Assembly: GCF_030148435.1 (NCBI RefSeq)
Contig: NZ_JASBTN010000003.1
Coordinates: 12,794-76,793, forward strand
Direction of reading: 5' to 3'
DNA: 64,000 nt
Source of the DNA: Aliiroseovarius sp.
GTDB lineage: Bacteria; Pseudomonadota; Alphaproteobacteria; Rhodobacterales; Rhodobacteraceae
The translations under genes and the position numbers were made by a program. The notes beneath the pieces are model-generated. The model had not been told where the DNA came from. It did not search any database and saw only the letters and a program-made list of their open reading frames with translations. Positions 56,110-64,000 of this stretch are shown in pieces. The stretch's first letter is position 1; each line of letters begins with the position of its first letter.

Positions 56110-57930
56110 CTACTCTTCGTACCACCAGACATCGGGCAGGAAGCCGATCCAGTCGCCATAGACCGGCAGACGCTCGGGGAAGCGGATCTCCTTCACATGG
56201 GCCAGGCGCGAATGATCGGTGTACCACACCGGGATGACATAGCGTCCGGCGGTCAGGAGCCGGTCCAGCGCGCGTGTGGCGGCGGTGAACCCGTCCTGGT
56301 CCTCGGCGCGCAGCATTTCGTCGATCATGGCGTCGATGGCGGGGCTGGCCACGCCCATCCAGTTGCGCGAACCGGGGGTCTCGCGCATTGCGCTGCCCCA
56401 GTAGAGCTTCTGTTCGTTGCCCGGGCTCAGACTGAGCGATCGGCGATACCAGGTCATGTCGAAATCGAACCCCTGGGTGCGTTCCTTGTATTGCGCGTTG
56501 TCAACCGGGGTCACGGCGACCTCGACACCTGCGGTCTCCAGCGCCTCGACGAAAAGATCGACGATCTGGCGCGTCTCGTTGGCACCCGTCACCAGCAGGA
56601 TTTCAAAGCGGAACGGAGCGCCGTCGGCATTGCGCAGCTTTCCTTCCTGCAAGGTCCAGCCAGCCTGTTCGAACAGGGCAAGCGCACGGCGCAGGGCGCG
56701 GCGGTTTCGCAGGCTGTCGTCCCCCTCGGGCAGGGCGTAACCGTCGAGAGCGGCGGCCGGGATCTGATCCGCGAAAGGTTCCAGCAAAGCGCGCACCGCG
56801 CCCTCGGCCGGTTCGCCCACCTTCATGCCCAGGCTGGAGTTGTCGAAGAACGACCGGATGCGCGGCTCGCCTCCGCCGGTCACGGTGCGGTTGATGAAGG
56901 TGAAGTTGAACAGATGCATCATGGCGTCGCGCACGCGAATGTCGGAGAACACCGGGCGGCGTGTGTTCATCACCAGGCCGCGAATGCCGGTCGGGCGCTG
57001 GTGCGGGATCTCGTTCATGACGACGTCACCGGAGGCCACGCGCGGGAAATCGTAGTTCGAGGCCCAACGGGCCGGGTTGCCTTCACGAAAGACCGAGCTT
57101 TCTCCGGCCCGGAAAGCTTCGAAAATCACCGTGGCATCGGCGTAGTAATCCACGCGCACCGTGTCGAAGTTGAACTGGCCACGACGAGCGGGCAGGTCGG
57201 CGGCCCAATAATCCGGGTTGCGTTTGAACTCGATATAACGGCCCGCCTCATAGTCACCGACCGTATAGGGGCCGGAGCCGATGGGGATGAGGTCGAAACC
57301 CGAGACCGAGAAATCGCGGCCCTCCCATTGCGACTTTTGCAGGATCGGGCGCATCCCCATCAGCAGCGCCAGTTCGCGGTCCTCGACATTGAAGGTGAAC
57401 TTGACCGAGCGCGGACCGGTCTGTTCCATCGACGCGACCTTGCCCCAGGCGGTCTGGTAGCGCGGGTGGCCCTTGGTGCCCAGGGTCTCGTAGCTCCACA
57501 TCACGTCGGCGACGGTCACGGGGCTACCATCGGAAAACCGGGCCTCGGGCCGCAGGGTGAATTCCACCCAGTCGCGATTCGCTCCCACGTTGATCGATTC
57601 GGCCAGCAGGCCGTAAAGCGCGAAGGGCTCATCCCAGTTGCGCGCCATCAGCGTGTCGAAGACCAGGCCGCGCTGATGCCAGGGGGCCCGTCCCTTGCGG
57701 ATGAAGGGATGCAGGCTGTCGAAACCGCCGCCTTCAGCCAACACCAGCCGCCCTCCCTTCGGAGCGTCAGCATTTGCATAGGGGAAGGACACAAAATCCG
57801 GTGGCAGTCCCGGATCGCCATACATGGATATGCCATGGGAGGGCTGCGAGAGAATCGCCCCCGGCAGCGTCGCCAGAATCGCCGCGGCGCCGAAAACCCC
57901 GCGAAGTTTCGCGAAAAACTGTGATCTCAT
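56110..57930 (-). CDS. ABC transporter substrate-binding protein, family 5 (YejA-like)
   Basis: About 606 aa with a signal peptide, then GISMYGDPGLPPDFVSFPYANADAPKGG, typical of YejA-type peptide/microcin SBPs. Start set to the ATG at 57930. Confidence 0.85.
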   Translation of the reverse strand: MRSQFFAKLRGVFGAAAILATLPGAILSQPSHGISMYGDPGLPPDFVSFPYANADAPKGGRLVLAEGGGFDSLHPFIRKGRAPWHQRGLVFDTLMARNWDEPFALYGLLAESINVGANRDWVEFTLRPEARFSDGSPVTVADVMWSYETLGTKGHPRYQTAWGKVASMEQTGPRSVKFTFNVEDRELALLMGMRPILQKSQWEGRDFSVSGFDLIPIGSGPYTVGDYEAGRYIEFKRNPDYWAADLPARRGQFNFDTVRVDYYADATVIFEAFRAGESSVFREGNPARWASNYDFPRVASGDVVMNEIPHQRPTGIRGLVMNTRRPVFSDIRVRDAMMHLFNFTFINRTVTGGGEPRIRSFFDNSSLGMKVGEPAEGAVRALLEPFADQIPAAALDGYALPEGDDSLRNRRALRRALALFEQAGWTLQEGKLRNADGAPFRFEILLVTGANETRQIVDLFVEALETAGVEVAVTPVDNAQYKERTQGFDFDMTWYRRSLSLSPGNEQKLYWGSAMRETPGSRNWMGVASPAIDAMIDEMLRAEDQDGFTAATRALDRLLTAGRYVIPVWYTDHSRLAHVKEIRFPERLPVYGDWIGFLPDVWWYEE

Positions 57931-58009
57931 TTGTGCAACAATCCTCTGTCTGCCCTGTTTTTCTTGGGCCGAGCCTAATGGGCGGTCCAAGTGATTTCAA
58001 ACTTTTAGC

Positions 58010-58038
58010 TTGGACTCGGCGGGGAGAGGCAGTATAAA
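58010..58038 (+). promoter_or_regulatory. sigma70-like promoter of the orphan short transcript
   Basis: TTGGAC (58010..58015), a 17-nt spacer, then TATAAA (58033..58038). Confidence 0.45.
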
Positions 58039-58044
58039 GAATTT

Positions 58045-58120
58045 ACTGCTCGATAGGTTTCTTGCCTGTATGAAACCTGCCTCAATGACTTAACGCCCGC
58101 CTTGTGCGGGCGTTTTTTTT
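58045..58120 (+). ncRNA. candidate small RNA or terminated leader (about 76 nt)
   Basis: The predicted TSS is about 58045. Stem-loop 1 is AGGTTTC-(10 nt)-GAAACCT at 58055..58078. A single-stranded GCCUCAAUGACUUA follows, then terminator ACGCCCGC-cttgt-GCGGGCGT plus T8 ending at 58120. It lies in a divergent intergenic region, so no upstream plus-strand gene explains the terminator. Confidence 0.45.
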
Positions 58121-58271
58121 ACCTCCATCACATCTGTTGCCGACGGCGGAAGGCCGCCGGGCGCCCGTTCGCAAATCGCGGGGGGCAACCGGTGCGCGCG
58201 ACGTCCCGCCACTGGTCATCGTCGCCAGCTTCGCTATGGTCGTCGCGACAGTTGAAGCAGAGGACAATTTC

Positions 58272-59045
58272 ATGACGCTTGCCGGAAAAACCGCGGTCAT
58301 TACGGGTTCAAATTCGGGCATCGGTCTGGGGGTGGCGATCGAGCTGGCCCGCGCCGGTGCCGACGTGGTTCTGAATTCCTTTACCGACCGCGACGAGGAT
58401 CACGCCCTGGCCGAAAAGATCGGCGCCGAACACGGCGTCAAGGCTCGTTACATCAAGGCGGACATGTCGAAGGGGGACGAATGCCGGGCCCTGGTCGAAC
58501 AGGCGGGCAAATGCGACATCCTGGTAAATAACGCAGGGATCCAGCACGTGGCGCCGATCGACGAGTTCCCGCTGGACAAGTGGGATGCGATCATTGCGAT
58601 CAACCTCAGCTCGGCCTTTCATACCACCGCCGCAGCGCTGCCGATGATGCGCGCGGCTGGCTGGGGCAGGGTGGTCAATATCGCCTCGGCGCACGGGCTG
58701 ACCGCCAGCCCCTACAAAAGCGCCTATATCGCCGCCAAGCACGGGGTGGTCGGCCTGACCAAGACCACCGCGCTGGAAACCGCCGAGGAGCAGATTACCG
58801 CCAATGCGATCTGCCCGGGCTACGTGTTGACCCCGCTGGTCGAGGCGCAGATTCCCGACACGATGAAGGAATACGGCATGGAGCGCGACGAGGTGGTGAA
58901 GAAGGTCATGCTGGCGCGTCAGCCGTCAAAGGAATTTGCCACGGTCGAACAGATGGGCGGCACCTGCGTCTTCCTGTGTTCCGAGGCTGCGGCGCAGATC
59001 ACCGGCACGACGATTTCGGTGGATGGGGGCTGGACCGCGCTCTGA
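58272..59045 (+). CDS. bdhA: 3-hydroxybutyrate dehydrogenase (SDR)
   Basis: TAVITGSNSGIGLG, YxxxK (YKSAYIAAKHG) and the C-terminal ISVDGGWTAL. Start set to the ATG at 58272 after GAGGA. The track start at 58104 would read through the terminator. Confidence 0.85.
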   Translation: MTLAGKTAVITGSNSGIGLGVAIELARAGADVVLNSFTDRDEDHALAEKIGAEHGVKARYIKADMSKGDECRALVEQAGKCDILVNNAGIQHVAPIDEFPLDKWDAIIAINLSSAFHTTAAALPMMRAAGWGRVVNIASAHGLTASPYKSAYIAAKHGVVGLTKTTALETAEEQITANAICPGYVLTPLVEAQIPDTMKEYGMERDEVVKKVMLARQPSKEFATVEQMGGTCVFLCSEAAAQITGTTISVDGGWTAL

Positions 59046-59069
59046 GCGGAGGGTCCGGCTTAAAGAAAA

Positions 59070-59093
59070 ACGCCCCGTTCCAGGACGGGGCGT
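59070..59093. terminator. bidirectional terminator hairpin between bdhA and the small-protein genes
   Basis: ACGCCCCGT-tccagg-ACGGGGCGT flanked by A5 and a T-rich tail. Confidence 0.6.
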
Positions 59094-59118
59094 TTCACGT
59101 TTTGCATATTGCCAGAGA

Positions 59119-59325
59119 TTATTCCGACGGCGAGCTGCTGCCGCCCGCCAGGGCCACGCCCAGCAGGATCAACAGCAGGATCGGGATCAGAATGCCTGCC
59201 GACGAGGTCGTGGCAGCCTCTTCAACGATCACGACCGGCTCGACGATCGGGTCGACCAGGGCGCCGGCATTGGCAGAGGTGGCCACGGTAAAGGCAACCA
59301 GGGCCGAAAGTGCAAATTTCTTCAT
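59119..59325 (-). CDS. small secreted/membrane-anchored protein, paralogue A (68 aa)
   Basis: MKKFALSALVAFTVATSANA|GALVDPIVEPVVIVEEAATTSSAGILIPILLLILLGVALAGGSSSPSE. SD is GGAGA. It is an internal start of track ORF 59119..59421. Confidence 0.6.
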   Translation of the reverse strand: MKKFALSALVAFTVATSANAGALVDPIVEPVVIVEEAATTSSAGILIPILLLILLGVALAGGSSSPSE

Positions 59326-59389
59326 ATCAGGTCTCCAGGTTTGTTCGGTTTGGGAGGCGTCAGGTGTTTGCTGTCGCCAGCCTGCTTTG

Positions 59390-59602
59390 TCAGCCGATGG
59401 GCGCCGAGCTGGAACTGCCATTCGTCAGGGCCACGCCCAGCAGAATCAACAGCAGGATCGGGATCAGAATCCCGGCAGAGGACGTGGTTGCGGCCTCCTC
59501 CACGATCACCACCGGTTCGACAATCGGATCGACCAAAGCGCCTGCCTGGGCTGCGCTGGCACCCAGCGCCGCAATTGCCATACCAAGAACGATTTTTTTC
59601 AT
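59390..59602 (-). CDS. small secreted/membrane-anchored protein, paralogue B (70 aa)
   Basis: MKKIVLGMAIAALGASAAQA|GALVDPIVEPVVIVEEAATTSSAGILIPILLLILLGVALTNGSSSSAPIG. It is the C-terminal end of artefactual track ORF 59390..61294. SD is AAGGGGGAAG. Confidence 0.6.
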   Translation of the reverse strand: MKKIVLGMAIAALGASAAQAGALVDPIVEPVVIVEEAATTSSAGILIPILLLILLGVALTNGSSSSAPIG

Positions 59603-59667
59603 CTCACTTCCCCCTTCTCGTAAACAAAAGACTAACAGGGAATTGGCGGGCTTGGGAAAAATTTCGC

Positions 59668-60282
59668 TCAGGTCAGGTAGGGGTGAAGCAATTTTGCCGC
59701 AATCGCCCACATAACAAGGCCGATGAGCAGATCCAGAACTCGCCAGGCGCGCGGGCTTTGCATGATCGGAGCCAACAGCCGCGCGCCGTAACCCAGTGAA
59801 AAGAAGAAACTGAAAGAGGCCAGGACCGCACCAGAGCCGAAGGCCCATTTCTGGGCGCCATCCGCGAATCCGGTCGAGATTGCACCGATCAGACCCAGCG
59901 TATCCAGATAGACATGCGGGTTCAGCCAGGTAAATGCGGCCGCGATGGCGATGGTCTTTTTCAGCGAGCGGCTCTGCCCGTCGATCTGCAACGCGTATTC
60001 GCCAATCCAGGCTTCGCGGAACCGGGTCAGGCCGTAGACGAACAGAAAGGCGGCGCCGGCAAGGCTCATCACCATCGGAAGCGCGGGCAGGGCAAGCACC
60101 AGGGCGGCAAACCCCGCGACCCCGGCGGCGATCAGCACCGCGTCCGAGCCGGCACAGAACAGGCAGAGCCAGAACACATGCTGGCGCAGAAGCCCCTGGC
60201 GCAGGACAAAGGCATTCTGCGCGCCGATTGCCAGGATCAGGGAAAAGCCGGTCGCGAAACCGGTCAGGCCAGCCCAGAGCAT
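59668..60282 (-). CDS. LysE/ArgO family amino acid exporter
   Basis: GFSLILAIGAQNAFVLRQG...WLNPHVYLDT are typical LysE-family motifs, with six TM helices. Confidence 0.85.
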   Translation of the reverse strand: MLWAGLTGFATGFSLILAIGAQNAFVLRQGLLRQHVFWLCLFCAGSDAVLIAAGVAGFAALVLALPALPMVMSLAGAAFLFVYGLTRFREAWIGEYALQIDGQSRSLKKTIAIAAAFTWLNPHVYLDTLGLIGAISTGFADGAQKWAFGSGAVLASFSFFFSLGYGARLLAPIMQSPRAWRVLDLLIGLVMWAIAAKLLHPYLT

Positions 60283-60288
60283 GATCCG

Positions 60289-61038
60289 TTATTTTCCCGT
60301 TATTCCAGCGGGTTTCGCCTTCGACGGGTCTTTCGGGTTGGGATAGACCAGGCCCGCGGAAATCACCAGCTTGGCGGCATCCTCGACCGACATGTCCAGC
60401 ATGATCACCGAATGCTGTGGCACGAAAAGCAGAAAGCCGGAGGTCGGGTTCGGAGTGGTCGGCAGGAAGACCGAGATGATCGGCTCGTCCACGGGGATAC
60501 GCTGGTCGATCTCGCCCCTGGCATTGGTCGAGACAAAGGCAATCGCCCAGATCCCCTTGCGCGGATATTCCACCAGGCAGGCCTTGTCGAACTTGGTTTC
60601 GGTCTGGGCAAAGACCGTCTCGGCAATCTGTTTGATCCCGTTGTAGAGCGATCGCACCACCGGCATCCGGTCGACCAGCCCCTCGGCCCAATGCAGCAGG
60701 CTGCGACCGATCAGCCCCTTCGTGATCCAGCCCACCAGCACGGTGAAAAGAAGGAACAGGACCACGCCGACACCGCGGATGTTCACGCTGACCTCTTCCT
60801 CGCCGAAGATCCACTTGAACCAGGCGCTGTCGCCGAAGAAGCGGTTGATCAGCGCGTCCGGATGATAGGCCCCCGGCACGAAGGGCAGGACCCAGCTGTC
60901 GATCCAGCCGACGAAGGTCCAGATCATCCACATGGTGATCGCGATGGGCACGACGATGACGAGGCCCGCCAGGAAATTGTTCCTGAGGCCCGAGAAGGGG
61001 CGCCAGCGGCGCCGGTGATGCGGGTCGTGCTCGTCCAT
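60289..61038 (-). CDS. DUF502 domain-containing membrane protein
   Basis: LRNNFLAGLVIVVPIAITMW...PTTPNPTSGFLLFVP...VISAG. Start set to the ATG at 61038; the track start is a TTG at 61044. Confidence 0.8.
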   Translation of the reverse strand: MDEHDPHHRRRWRPFSGLRNNFLAGLVIVVPIAITMWMIWTFVGWIDSWVLPFVPGAYHPDALINRFFGDSAWFKWIFGEEEVSVNIRGVGVVLFLLFTVLVGWITKGLIGRSLLHWAEGLVDRMPVVRSLYNGIKQIAETVFAQTETKFDKACLVEYPRKGIWAIAFVSTNARGEIDQRIPVDEPIISVFLPTTPNPTSGFLLFVPQHSVIMLDMSVEDAAKLVISAGLVYPNPKDPSKAKPAGITGK

Positions 61039-61124
61039 GGTCAACTTTTCTTTGATCGTTCGCGCGAATGTAGGGTTTGTCGGCCCCTACGGCAATGGGC
61101 GATTGGAGTGCGTTATGCCTGAAT

Positions 61125-62035
<911 letters not shown>

Positions 62036-62039
<4 letters not shown>

Positions 62040-62923
62040 GGGTCTTCTCCGGAGACATAACGCGCGGCGGTTTCCAGCGCGAATTCAAGGGCTTCTGGTG
62101 CGGACTTTCCACGAATTTCAGCCGCGATATGGGCGGCCATGAACGTGTCGCCCGCGCCGGTGATGCGTTTCACTTCGACCTCGGGACAGGGCGCGATGAT
62201 CACGTCGCCCTCGCGGCCTTCGGCCCCGTGGTCGCTGCCGTCAGTGACCAGCACCCGGGTGGCCCCGGCCTCCAGCAGGGCGGCTGCGGCCTGTTCGGCG
62301 CTGACGGGGGTGGTGCCGGTCAGATAGCCGGCTTCCTCGCGGTTTACATAGAGCGTCGCGCCGGGATGTTCCATCAGCGGGCGCAAGCGGCGCGCCTTGC
62401 CGGGGCTGGCGGGCGCCACGCGCAGGTCGGCGCGGGCAAAGCTGGGACGCTGGGCGATATCCGTCAGCAGGTCCACGGTCAGGTTGCCATCGAGCGCAAT
62501 GACACCCGGGTAGGGCGTTTTCGGGCTGCCGAGCGTCCCGTTTTCCAAGGGCTCGAGGATGGCATCGCCCGCGGCCTCCAGCGAATGGGCGTCGGCCACG
62601 GCGGCGATTAGGCCCTCGGGGCCTTCCACGGCCATATAGACATCGGTCGGTTGCGCCGAGACATGCACATGTTCCGTGACCATTCCCATCCGCCCGCAGC
62701 GCGCCAGCAGGTCGATCCCGTCGTGATCATCGCCAATGGCGGTCAGCAGAGCAGGCGTCAGATCAAACCGGCGCAGGGTCATGGCAATGTTCATCGCCAC
62801 GCCGCCGGGCAGACGGGTGATGCGGCCAGGCTCGTCCGACCCCACGCGCATGGAATGCGGCGTACGCCCGATCACGTCCCACAGGACGCTTCCGATGCAC
62901 AGGATGTCATGTGTCTTGTCCAT
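62036..62923 (-). CDS. psuK: PfkB-family carbohydrate kinase, probable pseudouridine kinase
   Basis: This is the real 295-aa part of track ORF 62036..63400, beginning MDKTHDILCIGSVLWDV. It has the C-terminal GAGDTF motif and an ATGA overlap with psuG. Confidence 0.75.
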
Positions 62924-62970
62924 GAGGTCTTGTGGCAGGGGCAGGGGGCGGGTGCAAGCTGACTCGGTGG

Positions 62971-63306
62971 TCAGGATTTGAGCGGATAGCGGTCCGGTTC
63001 CTCGAAGACGTCTATGGCACAACTGCCGGCCTTGATCCTGGCCCCGTGTTCGACGCCCTCGGGTATGTCCCAGGCCTCTCCGGGACGATAGCGACGCGTC
63101 TCGCCCCCGATCGTCAATTCGATCTCTCCCGCGATCAGCGTACCCCACTGGGCCTTGTGGCTGTGCGGCGGAAGATCGAAATCCTGATGAAACCGAAAGA
63201 AAACCACCAGTCCGCGGTCCGACCGGATGGCGTGGGTTTCGACCACATCGGCGGGAAACGGGAGATCCAGTGCGGGGAAAGCCCTGATGAAATCGGGAAA
63301 GCTCAT
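62971..63306 (-). CDS. cupin domain protein
   Basis: 111 aa with the cupin motifs PPHSHKAQWGTLIAGE and PEGVEHGAR. Start set to the ATG at 63306. Confidence 0.7.
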   Translation of the reverse strand: MSFPDFIRAFPALDLPFPADVVETHAIRSDRGLVVFFRFHQDFDLPPHSHKAQWGTLIAGEIELTIGGETRRYRPGEAWDIPEGVEHGARIKAGSCAIDVFEEPDRYPLKS

Positions 63307-63448
63307 GTGTCGGTCCTTGTGGGTATGAATTGCCGATAATTCCGTTAGCATAGCATGATTGGCGGGAATCTGCGGACCACATTCCTGAAACCCGATACAC
63401 CCCCCTTGCAAACCACCTGAAACCCTTGTATTTCGCGCCTACTTCGCA

Positions 63449-63533
63449 GGTGGGGTTTGGGCCTTACGGGGAGAAATCCCGTACAGGTCCGCCGGTTGGA
63501 CATCCGTCCTAGCTCCCCACCGAGGCCCAAACC
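63449..63533 (+). promoter_or_regulatory. structured rpsB 5' leader (candidate autoregulatory element)
   Basis: A 10-bp perfect long-range helix pairs GGTTTGGGCC (63454..63463) with GGCCCAAACC (63524..63533), ending 1 nt before the SD. A competing or crossing helix pairs GGTGGGG (63449..63455) with CCCCACC (63515..63521). An inner hairpin TACGGG-gagaaat-CCCGTA is also present. Confidence 0.35.
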
Positions 63534-63548
63534 GGAAAGGAAATCGAT

Positions 63549-64000
63549 ATGGCGCTTCCCGAATTCACTCTGCGTCAGCTGCTGGAAGCTGGCGTTCACT
63601 TTGGTCACCAAACCCAACGCTGGAACCCGCGTATGGGCGAGTTCATCTATGGCTCGCGCAACGGGATCCACATCATGGACCTGACCCAGACCGTGCCGAT
63701 GCTGGACGCCGCTCTGAACGTGATCCGCGAAACCGTTGCCAAGGGCGGCCGCGTGCTGTTCGTCGGCACCAAGCGCCAGGCCGCCGGCCCGATCGCCGAC
63801 GCCGCCGAGAAATCGGCCCAGTACTTCATGAACCACCGCTGGCTGGGTGGCACGCTGACCAACTGGCAGACCGTGTCGCAGTCGATCAACCGTCTGAAAG
63901 CCTATGAAGAGAAGCTGGCCTCCGGCGCCGAGGGCCTGACCAAGAAAGAGCGCCTGGGCATGGAGCGTGAGCACTCCAAGCTGCAAGCCTCGCTGGGCGG
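63549..64000 (+). CDS. rpsB: 30S ribosomal protein S2 (partial, runs off the window)
   Basis: Hand translation gives [48 protein letters not shown]...[14 protein letters not shown]. It is absent from the ORF track because no stop codon falls inside the window. Confidence 0.95.
   Translation, partial: MALPEFTLRQLLEAGVHFGHQTQRWNPRMGEFIYGSRNGIHIMDLTQTVPMLDAALNVIRETVAKGGRVLFVGTKRQAAGPIADAAEKSAQYFMNHRWLGGTLTNWQTVSQSINRLKAYEEKLASGAEGLTKKERLGMEREHSKLQASLG

Noticed and set aside
58070-58093. 7-codon ORF (MKPASMT) inside the candidate sRNA
   Set aside because: It has no SD, its start is buried in the stem-loop, and it is too short to evaluate. I kept the locus as a non-coding candidate.
58104-58271. 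Track start of the bdhA ORF at 58104 (313 aa)
   Set aside because: The extension begins inside the intrinsic terminator hairpin and U-tract and encodes an Arg/Pro-rich non-SDR sequence. The SDR fold begins at MTLAGKTAVITGS with its own SD at 58272.
61059-61068. TTCGCGCGAA palindrome upstream of the DUF502 gene as a third member of the 35964/36079 motif
   Set aside because: It shares only a 10-nt GC-rich core. My rough estimate is that one such match in 64 kb of 65% GC DNA is not surprising, so I mention it only as a footnote to the direct-repeat finding.

Overview
High-GC (about 65%) chromosomal core segment. Gene content and order look like a Rhodobacterales-type alphaproteobacterium; that assignment is inference from gene content only. 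I support about 57 protein-coding genes, one tRNA-Pro(UGG) and a partial rpsB at the right edge. Recognisable genes are mostly housekeeping: lpdA, uvrA, prfA-prmC, gpt-fabI, pdxH, class II RNR nrdJ, ilvIH, glnE, cobA, zwf-pgl-pgi, hemB, mfd, bdhA and psuKG. Many long ORFs in the six-frame track are antisense artefacts of high GC, and several real genes start well inside their track ORF, so I re-set those starts by hand. I found no transposase, integrase, phage gene, CRISPR array or recognisable defence or biosynthetic cluster, and I cannot point to a clear multi-gene novel system. The interesting content is small and mostly invisible to the 60-aa ORF cutoff. (1) A leader-peptide attenuator ([15 protein letters not shown] plus hairpin and U8) lies upstream of ilvIH. 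(2) An orphan promoter-plus-terminator unit of about 76 nt between an ABC substrate-binding gene and bdhA is a candidate sRNA or leader. (3) Two tandem about-70-aa paralogues encode secreted, membrane-anchored peptides with a 39-aa identical core despite many synonymous differences. (4) A mosaic GC-rich intergenic repeat family has at least four copies, one bounded by 13-bp perfect inverted repeats. (5) Several strong operator-like palindromes or twin motifs lie upstream of a speB-like gene, the DUF2852 gene, zwf, a Fe3+ binding-protein gene, nrdJ and an MFS gene. All function calls come from reading the translated ORFs and motifs by eye. No database search was run.
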